NCBI RefSeq assembly: GCF_018350175.1
Contig: NC_058368.1
Span: 41,852,001 to 41,916,000 of the forward strand
Length of the DNA stretch: 64,000 nt
Direction: 5' to 3'
Source: Felis catus
Taxonomy: Eukaryota
Shown: positions 13,687 through 26,415 of the stretch, piece by piece
Position numbering within the stretch: the stretch's first letter is position 1
Layout: each line of letters begins with the position of its first letter
Position numbers and translations under genes: made by a program
Notes under the pieces: generated by a model
The model's database searches: none
Seen by the model: the letters and a program-made list of their open reading frames with translations, nothing else
Told to the model about the DNA's origin: nothing

Positions 13687-13863
13687 CAGTAATCCCCCCA
13701 AACCGCTGTACCTCAAAATAGGCTAGGAAGCTTTTGAAAATCCCAGTGCCTAGCTCATACCCCATAATAATCAAATCAGAATGTTGTGAAGTGAAAGCCA
13801 GGCATTAGTATTTTTAAAAGATCCCCAGGTAATTGCAAAATACAGCAAAGTTGGCAACCACTG
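13687..13863. mobile_element. MER5-like hAT-Charlie MITE
   Basis: cagtaatcc...aaatcagaat...ccaggcattagtatttttt...tccccaggtaattgc...ttggcaaccactg. Confidence 0.8.
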
Positions 13864-16794
13864 AGTTATGCTGAGCCATTTTTTATTTTAAGTATTGAGA
13901 TTTCAACATTTTCCTCATAGCCCCAAGCACACTGACTAACTCCCATAACCTTCCTCTACTCTAGGAAGGGTTTTCCCTGAGAAATTTTTATTGGCTCATT
14001 TTCTTTATACATGTTACCCCTAAAACTACCTTCTCTAGTCCCTGAATGATATACCTTAATGTGACTTAACTCATCCTGTTCTCAGTTTTGTTCTTTGTTG
14101 TTGGTAAGTCCTTTATATATGTTTTTATTGTTACCAGTTGTATACCCTAAGGTCCTAAGAATTTGGAAACCATGTCAGTGAATTAGCTCTGTACGGTACC
14201 TAACAAACTGGTACATGCAGATAAACAAATTGTGCTTTTTCTGATAATGATTATCTTGCAGAGAATAAAAATTATAACTCTAAAATCTGGTATCAACTCT
14301 CCTCAATCATATATAATACCTGAGCCGTTTTTTTGTACTTTGTTTTTATTCAACTTTACCTATTATATGCAGTTATAAATAGCTTAAATTTAGTTTTTTA
14401 CTTAACTTCTTTCAGTTCATAATTTTATTCATATTTACTTAAATATAATCACATCTAAATTAAACAGAAACCAGATAGCATGCGTATTTAGAGCTAACAA
14501 TGTATGCTCCCCAAATATTTCATCTTTTGAACAGAGAATTATCTTCAGTACAAAGGAACTTATGTATTGAATTCAACCTAACCTCAGGAAGCCATGACAC
14601 CTCCAGCTGATGCTAAGGTACAAGGAGAACACATCCTTTTCCGTTGTCCTACATTTTGCTGATTTCTACTGCTTTCCTTACTTTCTCCATCTCTCTCCGG
14701 CTTTATCCATCACTTCCAAAGGTAATATAAAGTCTTTAACTTATCTACATGTGGGTAGATAAGTTAATTGATGGAACTGATGGTGTGGTGGAAGGTACTC
14801 AGGCTACATGCATCATCAGTACATTTGGAAAAGCACCCTGACCCCATACAAAATCTTATTTAAGGCAGTTTGGATTATTTACTGAAAGGGCAAATGGTGA
14901 CATTCAAAGACTACAAACTTACTGTGCATTACAATTTCTACATTCCCAAATTTTCCCATGAGAAAAGACTATCATTATACATTAGGCCTAGCCATTTAGT
15001 TTAAAAATGAAATACTCTAATTCAAATTATGTCGGTTGTACGTTGCTGCTCTCGACTAAGGTGACATTCTGCAGGAGGCAGTAATGTTTATGCGGTAGGA
15101 AAGCCCGAAGCTAGTGACAAATATATCAGGGCCATTACATGGAATCAAAGTGATATGCTTTTTGGAGCATAGGGATAGGGGTACTTTAACTCCACAAGGA
15201 CCCAGAGATGCTGCTTCTGACTTTTGAAAATAACAACTTATAATTCAGGGTTGTCTGTTTTCAGTTGAAACTGCAGGAAATACTACTTTCAGGGGCCTGA
15301 TGTTCCAGGTGGAAGATATTAAGCCTGTGGTAAGTTGTTGCCCGCGGAGAGGTTGACCCAGAGGAAAAGAATCCAACCAGCTGAGTCACAGAAGCATGTG
15401 CACTTATGGGGCTCTGCTTCAGGGTTGTTTACAGTGTTAGAGGGTCCAGTTCCTAACCACGACTGTCACCTAGTTCAATAGTGCAGAGAAATAGAGAATT
15501 GACAGCATTTATGACATTGGTATCATCTCTGAATGAAAAATAGAAAGATGTTTATTTCTGCCTTCCATGTGGATGCTATTGATCGAAATGACATGAAGTT
15601 TTATTTTTGAATTGAAGAAAAACAACTCTTGGAGTTTAATAGCTTTTAAGTTCGGGTTAATAAATTGAAAGTCTATTCACTGATGTAAATTTCTGGAGGG
15701 CTTAAAAATATAAAACCATAAAATAGATGACAACCCACAAAAAAATAATAACAGAAAAAAAATAGTTTGTTTTTAGAGGAGTGTGAGAAAGGCAGAAGAT
15801 TTCCACTTCGGTATCTAACCGTTTACCTCACATTCCTAATGAATTTGAAGACAAAATGTATTATCGTGCTTAAAGCTATACACTAATGTTTAACGTTATA
15901 GCATCTAATAAATATCTGCATATCAAATTGCATTCTAGATTCAAAGTTTGTGCTGGGATTGCTTTCGAATCCTTTAACATTTAACATTTATACAAATTAT
16001 GTAAATCATACACAGCACACGAAAATATGGTGAGGAGGTGGACAACTGTTTTGCTTATGCAGAGTGACATTATCTAAACCCCACCTCCACTTTGTAGCTG
16101 CAGTTTGTTTTGTTTATTTAAAGAGGATCTGTATTCCAGTTTAAAGAAGTGAGGAACAACACCAGTAAGAAAACTAACATGACATTTGAACGGTCTCATG
16201 TGTCAAATCAATAGCGCTAGTTTAATATCTTTATCATATACTATTTAATTGTTTTCAGGTTTGGGGCTAGGCAATGACTTACGTCTAGACTTATAAAACA
16301 TATTGTTTGTGTTGCTTGAAATATACAACTGAAATTAGTATGACAGAAAATCAATGACACTATCAAGTAAAATACACTGAGGTATAGACCTAAATAATAG
16401 GAGAGATAAGAAAAATAGGAAAGCAGTTTATAATTTAGGAATATAATATAAATATCTAAATGTAGGACTGTTACCTCTCCTAATTTAAGAGCTTTATCAG
16501 CCTGGAGCTACTTGAACAAGAAATAGGAAAACATGAACTCTAAGCCAGCCCAATATGGCTTACTTAATAAGAATTTTCTCTATCTAAGGTGACAGTAGGA
16601 TGTCAATAATTGTGGAGAGAAATGGTGGGTATTCAGGAGCACTTCCAAGTGAGGGGAAATTCAAATTTCAAAAGTAAGAACATAACTCACAGATAACAAA
16701 AAATTATAAAAAGGCTTGGCCTTTTCTTATGGGGACTGCAAAGTGTTGGATGGATGTTGTACCAAGGTTACTATGAGATGGTTAAATATAAACC

Positions 16795-16895
16795 TATTTC
16801 CTGTTTTAAAGATATCAGAATAAAGAAACCTGGGGTTTTAAGTGACTTTTTCCAAGGTCACATAGATGAGTCAGTGGGAGAGACAGGTATAGCTG
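16795..16895 (-). mobile_element. MIR fragment
   Basis: ttttaagtgactttttccaaggtcacatagatgagtcagtgg. Confidence 0.6.
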
Positions 16896-18150
16896 CTGAG
16901 TGACAGAGACAGCAGGAGCTGTAGACTCTTCTCTCGCTCAACACCTGCAAAATTGCCTAAACTACTCCAGCATGTAAGCCCTTCACTGGTGACACCATCC
17001 TAATCATTATAGAATCTCAGCAGAGATGACAACACTGGAAGCTTCTACCTCCACTCTGGTTGTTACTTCATGTTTAAAAATAATACTGTTTAGATTACTA
17101 ACATTTATGGGGCGAACACCACAAGAGAAAGTGGTCAAAGGTTTTTCATATCCGTTCAGACAAATTATTAGATGTGAAAACAAGGAAGGTTAATGCTGGT
17201 CAACAATTTTGAATGCACCTTGTCTGCCTGCCCACCACTAAGGAATGCCTCAAGAGACTGTCTTCAAAATGCTAAAATAAATTAATCGGGAGTCAGTTTC
17301 TAAGACATCACTACCACATTAAGCCTTCTTAAAAGATTATGCCTGATTCACATACTTCTTTGATTATTCATTCATGTGGAATTGAAGACTACAAATCACA
17401 TTTGTTGCATTTTAGAAAATTCCCGTTGCATAGTTTCAGTTATATCAAAATGAAATAAATCATCTTTAGCCAAAAATACTTTTTAATCTTCAAGTTCCTC
17501 TGGGATACTGTAGGTTTCTATTCTCAGACTTCACTGAATTCAAATTAGTGTTTTGTGTTGAATGGAAAAGAAAATGTTGAGAAGTAATATTGATCTTGAA
17601 ATAATGGGTCAGCAAAATAATGGTTTTAGTTTAAATGACTAACACTGCAAATGCATACCCCTTCTAATCCATGTTAAAACCTGAATGTCCATAAAATCAG
17701 CTATGCCAAAAAAATTAATATGCTTAACATGGATTGTGATTTTGTTTTCCTTGCAGGAGACATCATGACATTAATGCAATATGCACAAAATGTGAGGCCT
17801 ACAATTTTAGTTTATTGTTTTATGTGTATGTATAGTCCTTTTTGTTTCCAAGAAATGTCATACAGCGCCTAGAGAATTAATCAATAGCTACTTTAGGTCC
17901 AACGTCAATTGCATTAAGCTATATGCAATTTTGAGGTAAACTGTGAAGAAACAATATGAGAGTACCAAATGCTAATTTTTCTTTAGTTATTAAATAAATG
18001 AGCATATTGGAATATAAAGTTAAACAATTTAACATACAAGTGAACAGATGTTAATGTCAAAATCCACGTGTAATCAGAGCCCTTGCCCTAGTTTTCCTAT
18101 TCCTCACTCAGTGATCCTATTCAACACCTGTATTTTCTGAGCACCTGATT

Positions 18151-18312
18151 CAGGGGTGCTCTGGAGCCAGCTCACGGCAGCTTGCAAGAGCTGACTGGTA
18201 AGTGTTCTGACTCTCACAAGCCATCATTGCCATCACGGGAGAATTTACACTACGGAAATTGGCAAATACTATAAATTATGTCTCTCCCTAGCTCCTTTAC
18301 TAATACACCACT
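18151..18312. mobile_element. MER63A-like hAT-Blackjack MITE, apparently inserted in an L2 relic
   Basis: caggggtgctctggagccagctc start, internal gggagaatttacactacggaaattggcaaatactataaat, end tactaatacaccact. Confidence 0.8.
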
Positions 18313-18654
18313 ATAAATTATTCAGAAACATCTGTGCAGGAGTGCTACAGGGTAAAAATTAATAACTAAACCCCAGCCCCAATTCTTAACATACTTATTT
18401 GAAGAGACCAAATTAGAGAGATGAGGCATAACACTTAAAAGAGAAAAAGTCAAAGCTAATTTTTGGCAGCTTAAATCTTTATGATTTGGAGAATGAAAGT
18501 GCCATTATCAGAAACACAGAATTCGGGAAGGACATTCATTTGGGAAGTTTTGTTGGGACCCGAGCTGTTTGCCTCAGGATGAAATTCAATGGAAAGATCA
18601 GGGGAACTAAATACGGGAGTTGAAATCATCCACGATAACATTTTTATGCATGAC

Positions 18655-18831
18655 AATAGTTCCCCAAATTGTCTAAACATTAAAATTAGCTAAGAACATC
18701 AAGAAAAAGTTGATGTCTGCATACCACCCCCAGAGACTGTGGCTTAATTGGTCTGGAATGTGGTCTGAGCTTTGGAATATTTTGAAGATGCCAAGTGATT
18801 CTAATGTGCAGACATGTTTGAGAAACTCTGG
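18655..18831. mobile_element. MER5B-like hAT-Charlie MITE
   Basis: ccacccccagagactgtggcttaattggtctgg...caagtgattctaatgtgcag...ttgagaaactctg. Confidence 0.8.
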
Positions 18832-19534
18832 TCTATGATTCAAACATTTAAAAGTCTTTTAATGCCTTAAGTTCCTGAAACACAGAGAAAAATGGAGACA
18901 TCACAAGCTTTAGAGCCTTTCAGATCCGTCCCTCAAAGCATGCTAGTTACTGCCATTACTCAGAGCTAAGGTAAAAAAGCACTCCTATTTTCTACCACAT
19001 AAGAGGAGTTGAGTTAAATGAATTCAGTGGCTTTCCACTACCCCCACACTTTAACAGTTGGTAGTCAGGGAATCGTGAGGAAAAAGTTAGTTGTTCTTGC
19101 TAGAAACTGAAATGTGATGTCACACTTGCACACAGCTATCCAAAATAAAATGTCTCATACCTGGCATAACGCATGTCTAACTCACCAAATATAATTCCAT
19201 AAACATTTTTGAAATTGTGGTGGAAGAAGTAGCTCAATCACTCCTAAGTGACACTTTGTAAAGAAGAGAATTACCTCCATAGGGCTCTCCCCACAGAGAG
19301 AATTCAAGATTTTAAATAATCAGCTTGATTCTACGCTTTGAATTCAAGAGAGTACAACAAACAACAAGTCAGAGAGAGGGCGGAAACAGGTCTGGGAGGC
19401 AAGGATTTCCAGCACTTAATATGCATTTAAAACACAGATTGAGTAGTTTTGGACCTGAGATTTTCCGTTTTTACTATGTTCCCAGGGGAAGTTCTTGCCG
19501 TTAAAGTCTATTGGTACATGCACCTCACTTTGAA

Positions 19535-19750
19535 CGTTTTTTTTTTTTTTTTTTTTTTTTTTTTTGGGACAGAGAGAGACAGAGTATGAATGGGGGAGGG
19601 GCAGAGAGAGAGGGAGACACAGAATCGGAAGCAGGCTCCAGGCTCCGAGCCATCAGCCCAGAGCCTGATGCGGGGCTCGAACTCACGAACCGCGAGATCG
19701 TGACCTGGCTGAAGTCGGACGCTTAACCGACTGCGCCACCCAGGCGCCCC
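19535..19750 (-). mobile_element. Young felid Can-SINE (SINEC_Fc-like)
   Basis: CpG-rich body ending gactgcgccacccaggcgcccc, T29 tail. 20-bp TSD tacatgcacctc(a/c)ctttgaa at 19515-19534 and 19752-19771. Confidence 0.98.
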
Positions 19751-22399
19751 ATACATGCACCTCCCTTTGAATAGCAAGATGGTAAACGCCCAGAATAAAA
19801 AGTTTGTTGGATCCATTGGATTCACCCCCTTTACAGCCTAAAGCGTTCATGGAAATACTGGGCTCAGATGAAGAATATCATAATACATAGTACATGGGAC
19901 TATCTTCCCCGCAACCTTCCTCCAAAATCACCACATTTCCTCAAAGGTACAATTAGTCATTGTTAGCAAAGAATGTTTTTTCAAGTATTGGCTTAAGTTG
20001 GCCATGAATCTACATATGATTCTGTATTATTTATTCATGTGTAAGTAGATGTCTAGGGGGGAAAAGGCAAAACAATCCATCAGCATTAAGAATTCAAATT
20101 TAACTGATGCCAGAATTACAGAGCGTATCTGTTTTACACTATATGCACCAAAGTGATCGATGGCATCCTTTCTGCTCATTTATTTTGTAAATATGAAACC
20201 AAAATATTGAAGTCTCCTCTCCTTATAAGTATTTGCACAGACCACTAAGTAGATTCAACTGTTTAAGCCAGGGCGGACTCCGGTACACAATGAAAATTAG
20301 CCCATTAAGACAAGTGCAGTCACTGACATATGAAGCAAAGCAAATGATTAAAAAAAAAAAAAAAAAAAAAAGTGCTCCTGTGGCAGCTTCATAGTGTGAT
20401 CAATGGTATTCACCTTCCTCTCTCAATGTAACCGGAATGTCTATCAAAACCAGAAAACGGAAGGCTTCAAAAGCATTATGTAGCTAAAAAGGGAGACTAT
20501 TTTACCCATTAGTAATAAATGTACCTGCTGAGCAGAACACAGTTATACCTGAAAAGGTTCCACAATTCTCTTTTGCTTGGCTCTGCCTGCTACGAGGGAG
20601 CCAGTGTGCTAAAGAGCATTTTGTAAAAGCAAAAGATTTTACATAATTGACTTTACTGGAATTAGAAGACAGAGTACAGTATGCTCAAACTGAAGCAGCC
20701 CAACTCTATGATGATGGAAAATTGCACAATTTAATAGCCAGATATAGGGACTGTGCACTAATAGAAGTAATCAAAGGGTGGACATACTTAAAGGAACAAA
20801 TCTCTTACTCTCCCCTTTAGTCCGGAGAGGGGACTGATAGTGGACTATTTGTAAGAGAGTGCTTGGGCACATCTTCCTAAATTTGGGTGGCATTCTTAGG
20901 AAAAAGAGGATTTAGAAAGGGACAAGTGAAAGTATCTTCATGTTAGTGTGTCTCCTGGAAATTTGATTCTTGTGTTCAAAGGTTCTATGTGATATGAAAC
21001 ACTTACAAGAAATATATTTAATTTATTGCAGTTTTTTTCCCATCCTCTTCTACTTGGCCACACCAAATTTCACCTTCATTAAGGATGCCATCTTACTCTT
21101 TCTAACACATATTTTTCTATAGAAAGGCAACAACTAAGCCGTATTTAGGGTGAAAGCATATTAGCCTTTCTTGAACATCTGGTGGAAAGTGAAGTTTCAG
21201 CAGTAGCAATTTATACATCTGTACGATCTTGGGGGGAAATGTGACTTGAGTGATTTAATAGCAAGAAGGAGCACTGATTTACAGTGCAGTTTTCACCCTG
21301 TGAAAACCAAAAGTATCAGGATCACGACCTTGGATGATCTTAACACAATCTTGATGTTACCAGGATTCAAATGATAAAAACAAAAAACAAAAAACAAAAA
21401 ACATTTTATAGCAGACCAAAGTACGTTTGAACAAATCCAGAAAATTAAATATAGAAATTTTGATGGACCCTAAAATGCTTTCAAACTCATTTAAATCTTG
21501 TCATAACCCGAACCTAACAGTATTTATAATGACTCAGACTAAGTAGTTTAGCTTTGGATTATAACTAAATTGCCAGTTAAACACATATAAAATGAATTTT
21601 AGTAAAATGTAAGTATATGTGACAGTTCAATTAGTATGATTTATATACTTCAAAATAATTATACTATTAAGGTAGGCAGGACACCGTCTAGTTTTATTCA
21701 CATCAAAACTCTTTCTCATGCTTTGGTGAGCTTAAACTAACCAGAGCATGATATTAGAATGAACACTCAAGGGCTCTTGCCTTGCTCTAAGACTCAAAAT
21801 GCTGTGTCGTATCATTGTGCTTCAGTTTGTTCATTTGTTAAATTATTATATAAGTATAAATTTATTTTTATCGTCTAAATAATCCCATGGAAATTAAATG
21901 CCTATGTTTATTTTAATAAATGCATAAGTTTTTAAGTAAAAGCTCCTCTGTGTTAGCCAATATAATATTTTATTAAAATGTATAGATATGGTAAATTCAA
22001 GCTAAGCTAAAGAAAAAAGGAACAGTACAAGCCTTTTGGTAAGTTAAGAAAGGCTGCCTTAAATCAAATGTTAATGTCTTACGTTCTTCAAGAAGCACCA
22101 AGTTCACCAAGAGAAATAAAGAACTCTCACAATAAAAAAATATAGACTCTGAATTTTCACTAGAATTACTTTTTTTCCCAAATACTGGTGAATTTATTTT
22201 TCTCACAGAAATGAAACTATAGTTCTTCACAGAATTTTTAATTCAGTACAAAACTAGAAAATTCACTTTCCTCCCTCCATCCTTCCCACTCTGATTCCTC
22301 CGCTCCACCCATTCCCCAACCATGCAGAGGAGAGGAAGAAGAAATGTTCATATTAGAAATATTATCTTGTTCTATCCACTGATGTACTACTTACAGTGT

Positions 22400-22810
22400 A
22401 ACAAATCCATTTCTGAATTTTAATGCTCTCCCCACCTCCCACCTGCCCCATCTCACCAAAAACTCTGCTTTTTATCATGAACCCCGATCTTCATTTATGG
22501 GATCAGCATTCCCTCAAAGCCAGTAATTGAGATTCTTTCAAGCCTTCCATTCCCTCACCCATCAAACATCTGTTGAGTCGCCATGTACTAGAGGGTCTAA
22601 CACCTCTTAAGTATGTCTCAGATCTTATTTGTGCTTTCTATTCCTATTGCCTTGGTTCAAGACTCCTTACTAAGACAAGCAGTGAGTGTAGCTTCTGAAA
22701 GCCCACTCCTACAGAGTGAGTTTATTCTCTCTGGGACTTCAAGGGTAATCTTTCTAAAATGATATCTGATCACCTTTACTTTTCCTTTAATGACTTCCTA
22801 TGAAGCAAAA
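22400..22810 (+). mobile_element. L2 fragment
   Basis: tttctattcctattgccttggttcaagac and gtaatctttctaaaatgatatctgatcac are L2 motifs. Confidence 0.6.
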
Positions 22811-22857
22811 ATATAATTTTCAAACTTTTGTATTCAAGGGGATGATGACTGAACATG

Positions 22858-23054
22858 TTTTATTTACTTTTGAGAGAGACAGACAGAGGGTGAGGAGGGA
22901 GGGGCAGAGAGAGAGGGAGACACAAAATCTGAAGCAGGCTCCAGGCTCTGAGCCGTCAGCACAGAGCCCAATGCGGGGCTTGAACTCACTAACTGTGAGA
23001 TCATGACCTGAACCGAAGTTGGACACTTAACCAACTGAGCCACCCAAGTGCCCC
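22858..23054 (-). mobile_element. Can-SINE (SINEC_Fc2-like)
   Basis: Antisense SINE ending gagccacccaagtgcccc. Short tail, no convincing TSD. Confidence 0.96.
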
Positions 23055-24013
23055 ACATGCTCGAATTTCTTGAAAAGAAAATTCATCTTCATGAATCACA
23101 CTTACACTTCATGACAATACATAGTCTGCTTGCAGTACAGGGATAATGTAAATATTCTCTGTTAAATGTCTCTCAAATACAAGGCATATTACCAGTTACA
23201 TATATTTTTGACTAGTGCCCTACTTTATTCATGAATAAACCATGGATAAAATAATTCTTTGTTCAATGTCTTGTGCACCTAACTTGTTTTGTATTAACAA
23301 TTAGGTTACATACCTTGTTTCCAAATCTACAAGTACCTCACATTGGTCATGAGTTGAATAAAGCTGTGAGTAGACCCTCTCCATAGAGAAAGTTTCTAAG
23401 CATTCTTCTGTATACTTCCCAAAGAGGTTTAAATACCTAAAGATACAAGCTTGCTCACCCTGATATGGTAATTCTGCACTCAAGGAAACAGGATTAAGGA
23501 ATAAAGTTGGGCAAAATATGTAACAGCATTACTCTGAAAACATAATGTAGGTAGGGAAGCTCTCTAAAGGACTCATTTATGCATGCCTTTCAGTGTGCTG
23601 TGTGTGTGCACACACATGCGTGTGTGTGGGTGCTGTGGAGTATATGTGTTTGTGTATGTTTATAGGACCTAAAAGGAAATTGGGTCAAAAATATCCCTAT
23701 TGCCTAATTAATGACTAATAAATGTCCTCCTTAGGTCTTTTCTCAATTTGAGACTGCATTGCTTCCATTTTTTAAGTTCTAGTTATTATTTCTTTTCATA
23801 TTGCTCCAAAGCTGCTTGTAAATTTAATAATTAGATATGCAGTTCAGTTGACAGTTTAATTTGTTTTAATGAGGACAGTACCATACCTGTTTACACACAA
23901 AAAAAACATTTTGCTATGACAAAACCACATTATGTTGTCTTCTCAGATACCTACTTAAATATATATAGTATATTACTATTGACTTACAAAAAGGCATTAA
24001 TTATAGAAAGCTA

Positions 24014-24110
24014 GGGAGAAAGGAAGGAAGAGGAGAGGAAGGAGGGAAAAAGGGAAGGGGAGGAGGGAAGGAGGAAGGAAGGATGGATGAAAGGAAGGAA
24101 AGAAAGATGA
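24014..24110. repeat. Purine-rich low-complexity (GGAA-like) tract
   Basis: agggagaaaggaaggaagaggagaggaagg... Confidence 0.85.
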
Positions 24111-24394
24111 AAATAACTGCTCATAGTGTAACCAAACACTTCAAACTGAATCCATTTTCTCTCCTATTTTCCAGGCTTTTTATAACTAAGAAGATATTGA
24201 TATAATTCCTTCTATACCACTGAGCATTTTTATTATACTTCACTTTTCATATTATTAAATAGTCCTTAAGTTGTGGTGATGGTACACTGAAAATGTGAAA
24301 AATGTAGTATCTCAGAGGGCCTCCTATTTGTACACAGAGCTGTGCTACTTTTCCCATTATGGCTTTCTGCAGGCTTCTCATTCCCTGATAGTTT

Positions 24395-24398
<4 letters not shown>

Positions 24399-24456
<58 letters not shown>
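24399..24456. repeat. (TC)n microsatellite
   Basis: 29 TC units. Confidence 0.98.
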
Positions 24457-24458
<2 letters not shown>

Positions 24459-24942
24459 TTTAGCTTCACCCTTCTCTCTTTTCCCCTTCTATCACGGACA
24501 TTGTATCTGTCATGTCTGTAACTGATAAAGCCACAGCATTTCATGGACAGGGGCACTTTAATCATCCTTCAAAGCTAATGGCAAAGGGGTGATCCTGTGA
24601 ATTACACTGCCTGCCTGTCTTTCTAGACTTTGCCCATTTTCTGCGGTGGTCTCTGGTGAAGCCCTTTCTCTGGTGAAGTTCTATCTTTCTCTCTGTTTCC
24701 TGTGTTTGTGTTTCACAGGAATGTTTCTATTCTTTCTAAGTGATTAGGCAAGTACTGATTAATGCCACTTCTATATTAGTATAATTGCTTCCAGAATTAA
24801 AAGAATATGACAGACCCTTCCTTGCTAGTTTGAGTTGTGGCATCTGTAGGTATGTATATATACATATAGATGAGAATGAGAAAATAACAAGAAAATAAAC
24901 TCCAAAAAGAAACAGTATGACTTAAGATGCTTTTATACTTAG

Positions 24943-24944
<2 letters not shown>

Positions 24945-24989
<45 letters not shown>
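24945..24989. repeat. (AT)n(AC)n compound microsatellite
   Basis: Seen directly. Confidence 0.97.
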
Positions 24990-25449
24990 TCCTTCTGTTG
25001 AATTTTAGTACATGTGCACACCCAACACATGGCTTGCCATATTTATCCAGTGCCTACTCCCTAAAATTCAGGCACTTATATAAGATGCATTAACTCAATT
25101 CCCTAAGTACATTACCACTAGTCACAAAAATAACTGGAAATCTGAAAGTGTTAATGCATCTTTGAAAAGTGCAATATTCCTGAAGAGTATTTGGTGACTT
25201 ACCAGAATCTGGGTCAGTTTAACTGTGAAGAAAAGCTCACCTCAGCAGGGCCACACTCAATAACATACACAAACACATCGCTATTTTCTATTATGAGGTA
25301 CAAAATACTAAAAATGTGAAATCTTAAATACCTAGAGGAAAAAGCCAAGGGGGGTGGATCATGTGGCTTTGTACAGATATGAGCCTTGAAATCCAAAAAT
25401 ACTTTTGGAAACTCATGTAGGAATTAACATTAAAGATTGTATAGACACA

Positions 25450-25670
25450 TGACTGGGTTCAAATCCTACCAATTCTGCTTCTCTCTGTACAACCTGGACA
25501 AGTGTCTTATCTCTCTAAATATAAACTTCCACAGATATAAAATGGAGACACAATATGTGGCCCTTAGGTAACTTAGAAGAATTAACTTTTTAAAATAAAT
25601 ACATGTGAAGTACACAAAGTACATTGGATAGTAAACAGTAAGTACTCAATAAAAGGCAGCCTTTATTAAT
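25450..25670 (+). mobile_element. MIR
   Basis: ctgggttcaaatcc...cctggacaagt...taaaatggaga...cagtaagtactcaataaa. Confidence 0.8.
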
Positions 25671-26204
25671 GTTGTTCAACTGTTAATATCTAGTATGAAG
25701 AAAATACTTCTATTGAGAACCTAGGGGAAATGATTCCTTAATCCAGTAAACCAGACCACCATAGAACCTTACCTAGCACTTAAAAAAATTGCTACTTGCA
25801 CATAAAATTTATCTGTGTTTTCTACTTCATATTTTTAGCTACAGTTTTAAAAGGACTGATCAGTTAGTACATGCCTTTTTTCAGAGGAGGGAGGCAGTGA
25901 GAAAAGGTGACTGTTAAATTGTTACCTTGACAACAAAGAGAACCAATTGTGAAATAAGCAAAGAGACATTCTTAGTAGTCACATAACTCCTACAAGTTTA
26001 GCTAAAAACAGTCCATTTCATTTAATTGATCTTATAGAGAGATTGTTTAAAAAACATTACTGCTGCACATTTACTAAAGAAATGTGCAGAAATAAAAGTT
26101 GGCAATAATTTTAAACCATCATAATGGATCTCAATTTGATCAGCTTGTATATACGTAATGATTCGATATGACTGAAACACGGACACACTTTGAGTTTAGC
26201 ATTG

Positions 26205-26415
26205 TAGTAGCTAACACATATGCCATATTCGATTTGCCAGACACTATTTAAAGCAATTTACTTATGATGAACATGTTTAATCTTCATAACAATTCTATGA
26301 AGAAAATCCTGTTATTGTCCCATTTCACAGGTGAGACAACAGAGTTTAATTAGCTTGCCCAAATTTACATAGCAACTAAGTGATGTAATTAGAATCTGAA
26401 TACTGGTATCTAGTT
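26205..26415 (-). mobile_element. MIR
   Basis: tagctaacac...gccagacactatttaaagc...tttaatcttcataacaattctatga...cccatttcacaggtgag. Confidence 0.8.

Noticed and set aside
17758..17791. Possible micro-exon after tttccttgcag
   Set aside because: Good acceptor, but the donor (aat|gtgagg) is weak and the peptide is unrecognised.
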